This document shows, one piece after another, positions 35,199 through 44,941 of a DNA stretch of 64,000 nucleotides. The notes below the pieces were generated by a model. The model worked only from the letters and a program-made list of their open reading frames with translations. It had not been told where the DNA came from and did not search any database. The stretch covers positions 27,810-91,809 of the forward strand of contig JAFGJD010000005.1 in assembly GCA_016929235.1 (NCBI GenBank). Reading direction: 5' to 3'. Every line of letters begins with the position of its first letter. The stretch's first letter is position 1. This DNA is from Candidatus Babeliales bacterium (GTDB taxonomy: Bacteria; Babelota; Babeliae; Babelales; JABCYS01). The position numbers and the translations under genes were made by a program.

Positions 35199-37277
35199 TT
35201 ATACCTCTTGCTCTAAGAGTACAAGGTCAAATACCTGTCTCACATCATCTACAAAAAAGAGCTCGATATTATCGCTTAAGTCTTCTTTGCATTCTTCGAC
35301 ATCTTGGCGATTAGCTTCGGGTAGAATGATCTTAGTAATCCCGATTCGTTCTGCGCCAAGAATCTTTTCTTTGACCCCACCGATAGGAAACACGCGACCA
35401 GTTAAAGTCACTTCACCTGTCATAGCGAACGTGTTATTGACGGGCCGATTGGTGAGTGCTGATGCGATTGCTACCGTCATCGCAACACCAGCAGAATTGC
35501 CGTCTTTTGTAGCAGCGCTTGGTGCATGAATATACCAATCATAATTTTGTATTGCATCTCGGTCGACGCCGAAAATATCAATGTGTGATTTAATAAAATT
35601 CATAGAAACGTGTGCTGAATCAAGACATGTGTTTATCATGTTTCCAGTGATATGAAGCTGGCCTTTTCCAGATGACTTTTGCACTTCGAATGTCTTTACG
35701 TTGCCAAATCCCAGTGATGGAATTACGATCAAGCCATTTACTACACCGACGCGACTTTTTTGAATATATGCTTGCTCGAGGTCTGGATTATACCCTACGC
35801 CAAGAAAGGGAACAAGATTATTTGGCGTTAACGTGGGAAGTGTTCCTTGCTCAGCGAGTTGAAGCGCCGCTTTTGAGCATATAGTGCGCATTTGCTCTTC
35901 TAGCTTTCTTACGCCTGGTTCAATGGCATAGTGTTCTATGATGTGTTTCAGGGTTGCTTTATCTAAAACAAGTCCTTTTTCTCCCATACCTGTTTCCCGT
36001 AATACCTTAGGAATAATATGATGAGCCGCAATGTGGATTTTTTCATCGAGTGTGTAGCTATTAAACTCAACAATCTCCATGCGATCGAGTAATACTGGAT
36101 CAATGTCATATATGTTGTTGGCAGTGGCAATAAAGGTTACCTGTGAGAGATCAAAAGGAACATCGAGATAGTGATCTACAAATTGACTATTTTGTTCTGG
36201 GTCAAGTACTTCAAGGAGTGCAGCGGCAGGGTCCCCGTGCCATGAGTTTTCTCGTGCCAATTTGTCTACTTCATCAAGAAGAATGACGGGATTATTGGTT
36301 CCTGCAGCTTTAAGTGCTTTTAGGATATTGCCTGGCTGTGATCCGATGTAAGTTTTCTGGAATCCACGGATTGCGCTCTCTTCGTGTACGCCTCCCAGAG
36401 CAACTCGTTCAAATTTTTTACCAAGTCCGCGCGCGATTGAGCGTGCCAGCGTTGTTTTTCCTGTGCCTGGAGGGCCAGAAAAGCATAGAATTTGAGGTTT
36501 TGTATGATCACTAAATTGTTGAGTTGCGAGGTGTTCGAGGATTTTGTTTTTTGCTTTTTGAATTCCGTGGTGGTCTCGGTCAAGACTTTCCCTAACTTCA
36601 CCCAGTGTTGGCGCAGCATCGGTTGTTGTATTCCATGGAAGAGAAAAAAGGAATTTCAAAAATTCATGTTGCTTTGGGGCTTCATGGGCACTCATATTGC
36701 GCGAAAGTTTTTCGATTTCTTCGCGCACCCGTTGTTCAATTGTTTCAGGAAGATTCAATGCTTCGAGCTGTGCCAGATATATATCAGATTCTTGTGTGTT
36801 GAATAGAGCAGTTGTTTGTAGTTTGAGAACTAAGATGCTGAGTACGTCATCTAGGTTTGCTTTGTTGGCAAGATCGAGAGCCGTCTCACTTTCGTGGTTT
36901 TCGGCATTTAGTCTCGCATCAGGATAGAATGCTAAGAACCTGATGATGGCGAGTCGTTTTTGGTAAGCCGATTGAAAGGTTACCGGATCCGCATAGATAT
37001 GTTGGCGATGTTTACTAACCAAATCAGTTAAGACACGTGTTGCATAGATGAGGGGGGTATCACCATGTTCACCGTAATGTGCATTGATGGAGGCTCCTTC
37101 CTTGAGTGCATATTGAATAGTTTCGAGACTTCCTTGAGCAATTCCATAAAAGAGCGTTGCAGTTTTTTTCTGTTGCTCAAGACTCTCTGATTCATGCGCT
37201 TGCACAGTGGAAAGTGGCAACAAAAACATACTGAGGATAGTAAGCGAAATGCGAAATCGGTTCACGAGAGCCCCCAA
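35199..37277 (-). CDS. LonA-type ATP-dependent protease with signal peptide and ankyrin repeats replacing the LON N-domain
   Basis: 692 aa. Walker A GPPGTGKT, Walker B ILLDEVDK, catalytic Ser in KDGNSAG, Lys in IGGVKEK. N-terminus NRFRISLTILSMFLLPLSTVQA, then ANK repeats (YALKEGASINAHYGEHGDTPLIYATR; ETALDLANKANLDDVLSIL). The start is TTG 37277 or a nearby GTG. Confidence 0.85.
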   Translation of the reverse strand: MGALVNRFRISLTILSMFLLPLSTVQAHESESLEQQKKTATLFYGIAQGSLETIQYALKEGASINAHYGEHGDTPLIYATRVLTDLVSKHRQHIYADPVTFQSAYQKRLAIIRFLAFYPDARLNAENHESETALDLANKANLDDVLSILVLKLQTTALFNTQESDIYLAQLEALNLPETIEQRVREEIEKLSRNMSAHEAPKQHEFLKFLFSLPWNTTTDAAPTLGEVRESLDRDHHGIQKAKNKILEHLATQQFSDHTKPQILCFSGPPGTGKTTLARSIARGLGKKFERVALGGVHEESAIRGFQKTYIGSQPGNILKALKAAGTNNPVILLDEVDKLARENSWHGDPAAALLEVLDPEQNSQFVDHYLDVPFDLSQVTFIATANNIYDIDPVLLDRMEIVEFNSYTLDEKIHIAAHHIIPKVLRETGMGEKGLVLDKATLKHIIEHYAIEPGVRKLEEQMRTICSKAALQLAEQGTLPTLTPNNLVPFLGVGYNPDLEQAYIQKSRVGVVNGLIVIPSLGFGNVKTFEVQKSSGKGQLHITGNMINTCLDSAHVSMNFIKSHIDIFGVDRDAIQNYDWYIHAPSAATKDGNSAGVAMTVAIASALTNRPVNNTFAMTGEVTLTGRVFPIGGVKEKILGAERIGITKIILPEANRQDVEECKEDLSDNIELFFVDDVRQVFDLVLLEQEV

Positions 37278-37495
37278 GAAGTAGCAAATTGCATACTAGA
37301 AATATTGCAAACTAGTATGATCCATTTATTTGTCTTAGCAAGAACCTTGCTAGCATAGCAGGCGCGGGGGTTGCGAAGCAAGGGCTTATTTCTTAAATGG
37401 TGCATCGGATAATTCTTGTGTTCTCGTGCTTGCCGGGGTATGCTGTGGCTACCATGTTATTATCGAAAAATAAGCCTCTGTAAAGGGATCAGTTC

Positions 37496-40183
37496 ATGGA
37501 GCCTACCATTCACGGTCATGATGGAAATAGTTCAATTAAGCCAGTGCTGATTGAGGAGGAATTAAAGACCTCCTTTCTTGATTACGCGATGTCGGTAATT
37601 GTTAGTCGCGCAATACCTGATGTACGTGATGGCCTTAAGCCGGTCCATAGGCGTATTTTATATTCTATGTATCAATCAGGCTTCTTTTATAATAAGCCGC
37701 ACCGCAAGTCTGTTCGTGTTGTTGGTGACGTGCTTTCCAACTATCACCCCCATGGCGATGCTGCTGTGTACAATACAATGGTGGGGATGGTTCAAGAGTT
37801 TTCTAAACGATATCCATTACTTGACGGCCAAGGTAACTGGGGTTCTATTGATGGTGATAACGCAGCTGCTATGCGTTATACCGAAGTTCGTATGATGCGT
37901 ATTTCAGAAGAGCTACTTGCCGATCTTGGCAAAGAAACCGTTCCCTTTGTTCCTAACTTTGATGAATCGACCGTTGAGCCGACGGTGTTGCCAAGTAAAA
38001 TACCGAATCTTTTAGTAAATGGAACTGCCGGGATTGCCGTCGGTATGGCGACTGCGTTGCCGCCCCATAACTTGGGCGAAGTAATCGATGGCTGCTTAGC
38101 ATTGCTAGATAACAGTGCCATTTCTGATGAAGAATTATTTGACAAGATTCCTGCACCTGACTTTCCAACAGGTGGTATTATTTGTGGCAGAAGCGGTATC
38201 GTTCAGGCATATAGGACTGGGCGTGGCAATGTGATCCTTCGTGGTGTTATTGATGTTGAGGAAACCAAAAAGGGTACTTCGCTTATTGTGTCAGAGCTGC
38301 CATATCAAGTGAATAAGGCTGAGCTAACGATTAAGATTGCAAACCTCGTTAAGGACAAAATTATTGATGGTATCTCCAACATTCGCGACGAATCAAACAA
38401 AAAAGGCATACGTCTTGTTATTGATATCAAACGTGGGGAGAATCCTCAGGTTGTTTTAAACCAGCTTTATAAGTATACCGATCTTTCGACGTCGATTTCT
38501 TTCTTGATGTTAGCATTGCTTGATAATAAACCCTTGATCTTTACGTTACGTGATATGTTGCGTGAATTCTTGGTCCATCGTGAAGAGGTTGTATATAAGC
38601 GGACTCAGTTTGATCTGAATAAAGCACAGGCCCGTGAGCATATTCTTGCAGGTTTATTAATTGCGCTAGCTGATATCGATAATGTTATTGCATTGATCAA
38701 GAAATCTAAATCTGCGCCTGATGCTATTTTGGAATTGAATAAAAAATTCTTACTCAGTGATGAACAAAGCAAAGCCATCTTGGAAATGAAGCTTCAAAGG
38801 CTTACCGGACTTGAACGTGAAAAGATTCAAAATGAGATGGGAACGATCAAAGAGTTAATTAAAACACTCGAAAACATTCTTGAAAATCGTGACGTTTTGC
38901 ACGAAGAAATTCGTAAAGAGCTGCAAGAGATTAAAGACAAGTACGGTGACAAGCGTCGTAGCCGTATTGAAGGTGCTGTTGATATTCTCACAGAAGCAGA
39001 CTTGATTCCTGATGAAGAAGTGGTTGTAACGTTGACACGCAAGGGATATATCAAGCGTGTACCTCTCGAAATTTATAACGTACAACACCGTGGCGGGAAG
39101 GGAAAAATGGGCGCAGCAAAACTTGATGAAAAAGATGACTTCATTGAAGACGTATTTATAGCCCGCAATCACGACGAGCTACTCTTTTTCACTAACTACG
39201 GTCGCGTATACAGTTTGCCAACCTACGTGGTTCCTGAGGCTTCGCGCACAGCGCGCGGACGCGCTGTCATCAATATCCTCAAACTGAACGAGGGTGAACG
39301 TGTTGTAAAACTGTTGTGTACGCGTGATATGGAAGATAAGTTCATTGTTATGTTGTCGCGTAACGGTATTATCAAACGAACAGCAGCCTCTAGTTTTACT
39401 AAGATTCGTCAGACTGGTATTCGTGCCGTAACGCTTCGTGATTCCGACGAGCTCACATTCTGCTCCATTAGTAATGGCGACGATACTATCGTTATCGCAA
39501 CGGCAAACGGCCAAGGCATTCGATTCAAGGAAACAGAGGTTCGTGTCATGGGCCGCCAGGCCGCCGGTGTAATGGGAATTCGACTCAAGTCGGGAGATCA
39601 CGTTGTGGGGATGGAAGTTCTTTCAGATGAACGTGACATACTCTTTGCTACTGAGCGTGGTTACGGAAAGCGTACTCGTATGGAAGATTTCCGTGTTGCT
39701 CACCGTGGTGGCTATGGGGTCAGAACTATTCCGACGGATAGCAGAAATGGCAAGGTCATCGGGCTAGCAGTGGTTGGTGAAGAAGCAAGTATTCTTCTGA
39801 TCGATACGCTTGGTAAGATTATTCGCCTCTCTCCAAAGGAAATTAGGACCATGGGCCGTCAGGCAAAAGGTGTCCGTCTCATTAGGCTTGAGCCTGATCA
39901 GCAGCTTACAGCCGTGGTTGCCTTTGAGGAACAGGATGATTCTCCTGAAACTTCGGAAGCTGAACTACAAGAATCTTCACAAAAGGCCTCTGCTCCACAG
40001 GGTGCTGTCAAGGTTAAGATGAGTGGACCAGAAAACCCAACCGAATCGTTCTTTATGGGTGGTTATCCAGATGAGGATGGAGAGTCCGACTACATCTCTG
40101 GGGGTCTGAAAAAGGAGGCAAATGAGCAGCTTAAGCTGTTCGGCCCTGGTGATGATGTGGATGATGATGGATACGCCTTTTAG
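37496..40183 (+). CDS. gyrA: DNA gyrase subunit A
   Basis: 895 aa. YAMSVIVSRAIPDVRDGLKPVHRRILY, active-site Tyr context AAMRYTEVR, beta-pinwheel CTD and an acidic tail. Confidence 0.95.
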   Translation: MEPTIHGHDGNSSIKPVLIEEELKTSFLDYAMSVIVSRAIPDVRDGLKPVHRRILYSMYQSGFFYNKPHRKSVRVVGDVLSNYHPHGDAAVYNTMVGMVQEFSKRYPLLDGQGNWGSIDGDNAAAMRYTEVRMMRISEELLADLGKETVPFVPNFDESTVEPTVLPSKIPNLLVNGTAGIAVGMATALPPHNLGEVIDGCLALLDNSAISDEELFDKIPAPDFPTGGIICGRSGIVQAYRTGRGNVILRGVIDVEETKKGTSLIVSELPYQVNKAELTIKIANLVKDKIIDGISNIRDESNKKGIRLVIDIKRGENPQVVLNQLYKYTDLSTSISFLMLALLDNKPLIFTLRDMLREFLVHREEVVYKRTQFDLNKAQAREHILAGLLIALADIDNVIALIKKSKSAPDAILELNKKFLLSDEQSKAILEMKLQRLTGLEREKIQNEMGTIKELIKTLENILENRDVLHEEIRKELQEIKDKYGDKRRSRIEGAVDILTEADLIPDEEVVVTLTRKGYIKRVPLEIYNVQHRGGKGKMGAAKLDEKDDFIEDVFIARNHDELLFFTNYGRVYSLPTYVVPEASRTARGRAVINILKLNEGERVVKLLCTRDMEDKFIVMLSRNGIIKRTAASSFTKIRQTGIRAVTLRDSDELTFCSISNGDDTIVIATANGQGIRFKETEVRVMGRQAAGVMGIRLKSGDHVVGMEVLSDERDILFATERGYGKRTRMEDFRVAHRGGYGVRTIPTDSRNGKVIGLAVVGEEASILLIDTLGKIIRLSPKEIRTMGRQAKGVRLIRLEPDQQLTAVVAFEEQDDSPETSEAELQESSQKASAPQGAVKVKMSGPENPTESFFMGGYPDEDGESDYISGGLKKEANEQLKLFGPGDDVDDDGYAF

Positions 40184-40300
40184 GAGCTTGGCATTTTACC
40201 GCTAACTGTGTATCATGGAAACATCGTATCAAGGATACGTCGTATCAGAGATACATTCGAAAATAACCGAGAAATAACTACTTTCTGGAGATAGTACGTC

Positions 40301-40564
40301 ATGCCAGTACCAAAACGTAAGCGCTCGCGAGCGCGTCGTGATAAGCGATTTGCTAACAAAGGTGTTAAAGCCAAGTCCTTCGGTGATTGCTCCAATTGTA
40401 AACAGCCGGTCATGCCTCACCAGGTATGTCAGGGATGTGGATTCTATGGTGGTCGGAAGATCATGGTAACCAAGCAAGAACGTGCTCAGCTCCGTAAAGA
40501 GCGTCAAAAGACAAAACGAGCAGCCGCTCCTCAGGCTGCAGCACCCGAATCCCAGGGTGAGTAA
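40301..40564 (+). CDS. rpmF: 50S ribosomal protein L32 (with C-terminal extension)
   Basis: MPVPKRKRSRARRDKR... and zinc-ribbon Cys pairs CSNC / CQGC. Confidence 0.9.
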   Translation: MPVPKRKRSRARRDKRFANKGVKAKSFGDCSNCKQPVMPHQVCQGCGFYGGRKIMVTKQERAQLRKERQKTKRAAAPQAAAPESQGE

Positions 40565-40571
40565 AAGATAG

Positions 40572-40598
40572 GCCCCTCCCTCAGCGGAGGGGCTTTTG
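40572..40598 (+). terminator. rho-independent terminator after rpmF
   Basis: GCCCCTCC-ctcagc-GGAGGGGC followed by TTTT. Confidence 0.8.
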
Positions 40599-40662
40599 CA
40601 TAAATAACTCCCATCTATAGTATGAAAATATGCCCCTAGAGGGCTTTTTCTATATGGAGGTT

Positions 40663-41400
40663 ATGATGAATAGAAAATTTTTATCAATTTTACTGGTGGC
40701 ACTATTGGGTCTTACAGGGTGTGGCGGTCACAAAGTATCGTATCGACCAGTCGAGCTTAAGGCTCAGCCTGTTCAGTCGAAAACTCAAGATGACATTGCA
40801 GTTTCTGCTAGGTGTTTAACTGATGCAGAAACGACACATTACTTTGGCGAAGAAGTTGATTTTGCCAAGGGTAGAAAGATTGTTCCTGTCCAGATTGCTG
40901 TTAAGAATGATAGGCCTACAGGGCAGCGTGTTATTGTCAACGCTGAAAATGTTCAAGTCGCTGTGGTTCCAGAACATGTGATTCTTGAACGTGGATCATT
41001 CCCTCCTGGAAATTCAACGCTTACTAATGTAGTCGGGTTGCCGTTGGCATACGCTGGAGCTGGCTTTGGCACGTGCATTATAGCGTCTGTTCTTTCTAGC
41101 TCGCAAGCTTGGAAGTTTTTTGCAGGATGGCAGGTCGCTATACCATTGACCCTGATAACAGGACTTTTGTGGTGGTTGGCGATTGAACTCTCGATTCCTG
41201 GTCCTGGCCATAAGTTCAAGAGCGATATTCGTCGTAAGACATTGAAAGAACTTTCTGTTCTTCCTGGCAAAAGCGAAACACGTTTGATCTTTGTGTATGA
41301 AGACGAACTCCCAGCATCATTAGATGTGGTTGTTAGAACGTGTGCAAAGAAAAGACGTAATGACCAGATGGTTGCGTTTCACGTTCCAGTGCAGAAGTAA
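40663..41400 (+). CDS. lipoprotein with C-terminal hydrophobic segments
   Basis: Lipobox LLGLTGC in MMNRKFLSILLVALLGLTGCGG. GGAGG upstream of ATG 40663. Two hydrophobic helices near residues 140-190. Confidence 0.65.
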   Translation: MMNRKFLSILLVALLGLTGCGGHKVSYRPVELKAQPVQSKTQDDIAVSARCLTDAETTHYFGEEVDFAKGRKIVPVQIAVKNDRPTGQRVIVNAENVQVAVVPEHVILERGSFPPGNSTLTNVVGLPLAYAGAGFGTCIIASVLSSSQAWKFFAGWQVAIPLTLITGLLWWLAIELSIPGPGHKFKSDIRRKTLKELSVLPGKSETRLIFVYEDELPASLDVVVRTCAKKRRNDQMVAFHVPVQK

Positions 41401-41548
41401 CCGCGCTGATTTATAGATTTGTAATATGAAGATGAGCGTCCGGGGTATCCTGGGCGCTTCTTTGTTGTATCTTGCCTTTTACCCCCAGTATGCTACGTTT
41501 TCCCTAGTATTTTTCCTCAGAAAATTCTTATCTCGTGTGGAGTAACGC

Positions 41549-42238
41549 ATGGCACAAAGTTTCCTTTCGTATTGGTGGGGTGAGTATCGTAAGGTTCCGT
41601 ATTACCAAGAGCTCCTAATAGGCGGTCTTGCGGTTATCCTAGGATTAGGGGGATCGTACTGGTATCGATCAATGGTAAGTGCTCGTGAGTTGAAAGCGCA
41701 TAAAGCATTTACTGAGTGTTACGAGGTCTACGAACAAGCAGCACTTGCACAGTATGCAGAAAAAGATGACAAGAAGGCAGAACAACTTTGGGAAGAAGCA
41801 GAACTAGCCTTCAGGACAGGCTACCAACAAAACACTCGTTCCTATCTGGGACCTTATTTCTTGGCATTCGAGTCAGAAACCCTTGCACGCCGAGGATTGC
41901 TCGATAAGGCTATTGAGAGCCTTGATGAGTTTCTTTCTAAAATTAGTTCCTCCAGTAAGTTATATGGACCATACGCGGTTAAGCGTGCGCTCATGAAGAT
42001 GGATTCTCCAGACGTAGCAGTTAAGCAAGCTGGGCTCGATGAGCTTCAAGATGAGTCTCGTAATGTCCAAAATATGCACCGCGATGTAGCGCTCTATTTT
42101 CTTGGTCAGTATTACACAAGCATTGGTGAGTCTGACAAAGCGCGCGGCGCTTGGGATGAGATTGCCGATATCGGTTCTGCACAAGACAAGACAACACAAT
42201 CACCGTGGATGCAGCTTGTCAAACCACTGACAGCCTAA
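41549..42238 (+). CDS. membrane-anchored TPR-like protein, YfgM-like
   Basis: 229 aa. N-terminal TM LLIGGLAVILGLGG. The helical repeat body and end GESDKARGAWDE resemble the YfgM GDKQGARSAWE region as I recall it. Confidence 0.4.
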   Translation: MAQSFLSYWWGEYRKVPYYQELLIGGLAVILGLGGSYWYRSMVSARELKAHKAFTECYEVYEQAALAQYAEKDDKKAEQLWEEAELAFRTGYQQNTRSYLGPYFLAFESETLARRGLLDKAIESLDEFLSKISSSSKLYGPYAVKRALMKMDSPDVAVKQAGLDELQDESRNVQNMHRDVALYFLGQYYTSIGESDKARGAWDEIADIGSAQDKTTQSPWMQLVKPLTA

Positions 42239-42252
42239 CGGACGGGGATTTC

Positions 42253-43677
42253 ATGAAGAACATTCGTGTTCGGTTTGCGCCATCTCCTACGGGGCATCTA
42301 CATATTGGTAGTGCTCGCGTTGCGTTATTCAATTGGTTGTTTGCACAACATAACAATGGCACGTACGTTGTCCGTATTGAAGATACTGACACAGAACGAT
42401 CGACGCAGGAGTATGCAACCTCTGTTATTGACGCATTGTCATGGCTGGGACTTGAAAGCCAAGAGCCGCTCGTGGTTCAATCAACACGAATCGATCGTTA
42501 TAAGGAAGTCATTACACAACTTCTCAACGAGGGAAAGGCCTATCGTTGTTTCGTATCGGAAGAAGACATTGAAGCATATAAACGCGCGCGTATGGAGCAC
42601 GGTGAACCGATGGGTTACCGTAGTCCATGGCGCGATAAGCAGCCCTCTGAGCAAGATCTCCAAAAGCCGTATGCGATTCGTTTGAAAGTACCTGATGACC
42701 GGATAACAGTCACCTTTGTTGATGAGATTCATGGTGAGATAGCTGTTGAAACAGCACAGTTGGATGATCTGATTATTCAGCGATCTGATGGGATGCCGAC
42801 CTACAATTTTGTGGTCGTGATTGATGATCATGACATGGAGATTTCTCACGTCATTCGTGGCGAGGATCACATCTCCAATACTCCAAAACAGATTATTTTA
42901 TATGAAGCGTGTGGTTTTGAGGTACCTGTCTTTGCTCATGTTCCCCTTATTCTTGGTCCATCAGGCGAGAAATTGAGTAAGCGCGATGCTGCGGTATCTG
43001 TGTTGGATTATCGACGTAATGGATATTTGTCAGATGCGTTTTGCAATTATCTGGTTCGACTAGGATGGTCACATGGAGATCAAGAATTATTTTCTCGAGA
43101 ACAGATGATTAGCTATTTTACGCTTGAGCATGTGGGAACCAAAGGTTCTATTTTCGATGAAGATAAACTGAAGTGGTTCAATTCGATCTATATTAAAGAG
43201 ACTGATGCAATCGATTTGTTGGCGATTATACAGCGTGACGTACGCCCTGATTTTGCACAGTGTGTTCCTCGCTTTTCTCAAGAGCAGCAACTTAAATTGA
43301 TTGACATATATAAACCTCGTCATGCAACTCTCTCCGAGATTGCTAATGAGATAATTGAGCTTTATTCGCCATCACAAGTTCTTCCAAAGGATGCACTTGT
43401 GGAGTGGGCAACTTTTGAGAATGTTACTCGCTTACATGCAGTGCAAAATCTTCTTCAGGAAGCGGCTAGTTTTGATGAAGAATCATTACATCATCTCCTT
43501 AAGGGGTATTGTGCTGAATATAGTATAAAATTTTCTCTGATTGCTCAGCCGATTCGACTGGCATTGACGGGGACACCTTCTAGTCCTGGTATTTATGCAC
43601 TTCTTTCCTGTCTTGGCAAAGAAGAAAGTTTACAGCGCATAGGTAACTTCGTTACATTGTTACAAACGGTAACGTAA
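42253..43677 (+). CDS. gltX: glutamyl-tRNA synthetase
   Basis: MKNIRVRFAPSPTGHLHIGSAR (HIGH) and KLSKR (KMSKS). Start at ATG 42253. The ORF-track extension to 42205 overlaps the previous gene. Confidence 0.93.
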   Translation: MKNIRVRFAPSPTGHLHIGSARVALFNWLFAQHNNGTYVVRIEDTDTERSTQEYATSVIDALSWLGLESQEPLVVQSTRIDRYKEVITQLLNEGKAYRCFVSEEDIEAYKRARMEHGEPMGYRSPWRDKQPSEQDLQKPYAIRLKVPDDRITVTFVDEIHGEIAVETAQLDDLIIQRSDGMPTYNFVVVIDDHDMEISHVIRGEDHISNTPKQIILYEACGFEVPVFAHVPLILGPSGEKLSKRDAAVSVLDYRRNGYLSDAFCNYLVRLGWSHGDQELFSREQMISYFTLEHVGTKGSIFDEDKLKWFNSIYIKETDAIDLLAIIQRDVRPDFAQCVPRFSQEQQLKLIDIYKPRHATLSEIANEIIELYSPSQVLPKDALVEWATFENVTRLHAVQNLLQEAASFDEESLHHLLKGYCAEYSIKFSLIAQPIRLALTGTPSSPGIYALLSCLGKEESLQRIGNFVTLLQTVT

Positions 43678-43714
43678 GGAAGAGTTGTAAGTACGCGTAA
43701 CCCATGAGGTGTTC

Positions 43715-44650
43715 ATGAAGATTGCGGTCCTGTTTCCAGGATATGGAAGTCAATATGTTGGTATGGCAAAAGAACTCTATGATACCTCTCGCACAGTCCA
43801 GGAATTTTTCGAAGAAGCGGCACATTGTCTTGATAAGAATTTCGTAAAACTTTGTTTTGCATCGTCTGATGTTGAAATTAGCAAACTTGAAAACGCTCTT
43901 CTTGCTAATTTCCTTGTTAGCTCAGCCTTATATTCTGTTCTAAAAGAACAAGTAGATCTGCGGCCCAGTGTTACAGCAGGATATGGGTTTGGAGGATTTG
44001 CTGCTTTATTTTCTGCTGGGGGTTTAAATTTTCCTGATGGTTTGTATTTGATTAATAAATACATTGCTTTTTTTCATGAGTCTTTTCCCCATTTGGATAA
44101 GGTAGCCGTGCATGTGTCAGGATTTGATCTTGAAGCACTGCAGCAGGTGATTGATGAAGTGAATGAGGGGACATATATTGCCGCTTTTGAGACTGACAAA
44201 GATCATGTTGTGATTGTTCCGTCCGATTCGCTTGGACATTTGAAATATCTTCTTAAAGAGCATGGTATTAAGAAGATCAAGCCGTTCCCTGATATTGAGG
44301 GTCTTCATTCTGCGGATATGGAGCCTGTAGTAAGTCAACTCATGTTATATTCAGAAAAGGTTGATTTTAAAGATCTGCAGATTCCATTGCTTGCTAGTTG
44401 TGATACACGGATAGTTACTGATAAGGGGGATATTAAGGATGCAATGCGGCGTCATATGCTCTTTCCATTACAGTGGTATAGTGCTTTGCTGTCGTTGCAT
44501 GATTATGATTTGTTCATTGAAATTGGTCCTGGTACGGTCCTATCAGAACAAATAAAAAACTTGTATCCTAACAAGCAGGTTATTTCGATTAATACCTTAG
44601 ATGATATTGATCGAGCAAAAAGCATTTTCGAATTGAAACACACAGTATAG
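43715..44650 (+). CDS. FabD-like acyltransferase homologue lacking catalytic Ser/Arg (probable pseudo-enzyme)
   Basis: Aligns end to end with malonyl-CoA:ACP transacylase (FPGYGSQYVGM; LQWYSAL; EIGPGTVL). The GHSLGE nucleophile elbow reads GYGFGG, and the Arg117-equivalent region reads INKYIAFF. Confidence 0.7.
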   Translation: MKIAVLFPGYGSQYVGMAKELYDTSRTVQEFFEEAAHCLDKNFVKLCFASSDVEISKLENALLANFLVSSALYSVLKEQVDLRPSVTAGYGFGGFAALFSAGGLNFPDGLYLINKYIAFFHESFPHLDKVAVHVSGFDLEALQQVIDEVNEGTYIAAFETDKDHVVIVPSDSLGHLKYLLKEHGIKKIKPFPDIEGLHSADMEPVVSQLMLYSEKVDFKDLQIPLLASCDTRIVTDKGDIKDAMRRHMLFPLQWYSALLSLHDYDLFIEIGPGTVLSEQIKNLYPNKQVISINTLDDIDRAKSIFELKHTV

Positions 44651-44659
44651 GGAGAAACA

Positions 44660-44911
44660 ATGTCATCATTTGATCGAAGTGATACTGCGGCAAAACTATG
44701 TTCCATCCTTACAAAAGAATTAAAAGTAGATGCTGCATCATTAAAAGAAGAAAAAACATTTAAAGAACTAGGTGCTGATTCTCTTGATATGTTTGAAATT
44801 ACACTCAAGGTAGAAGAAGCGTTTGGTTTGGAGATTCCTGATAATGATGCTGAACAACTCCAAACGATCAAAGCGACAGTTGATTATCTTCAATCTAAAA
44901 GAACAAAATAA
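44660..44911 (+). CDS. acpP: acyl carrier protein
   Basis: 83 aa. Phosphopantetheine site LGADSLDMFE and an acidic helix II. Confidence 0.9.
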   Translation: MSSFDRSDTAAKLCSILTKELKVDAASLKEEKTFKELGADSLDMFEITLKVEEAFGLEIPDNDAEQLQTIKATVDYLQSKRTK

Positions 44912-44941
44912 ATAAGTTCGTACTAAGTGATTTACAATGGA

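Noticed and set aside
37292-37319. Inverted repeat CATACTAG-N12-CTAGTATG upstream of gyrA as an operator
   Set aside because: It is only 8 bp, with no second copy elsewhere in the window. It overlaps a plausible TTGCAT-N18-TAGTAT promoter and is not distinctive enough to call.
42205-42252. 16-codon N-terminal extension of gltX overlapping the preceding gene
   Set aside because: GluRS homology starts at MKNIRVRFAPSPTGH. The extension has no support and lies inside the 3' end of the YfgM-like gene.
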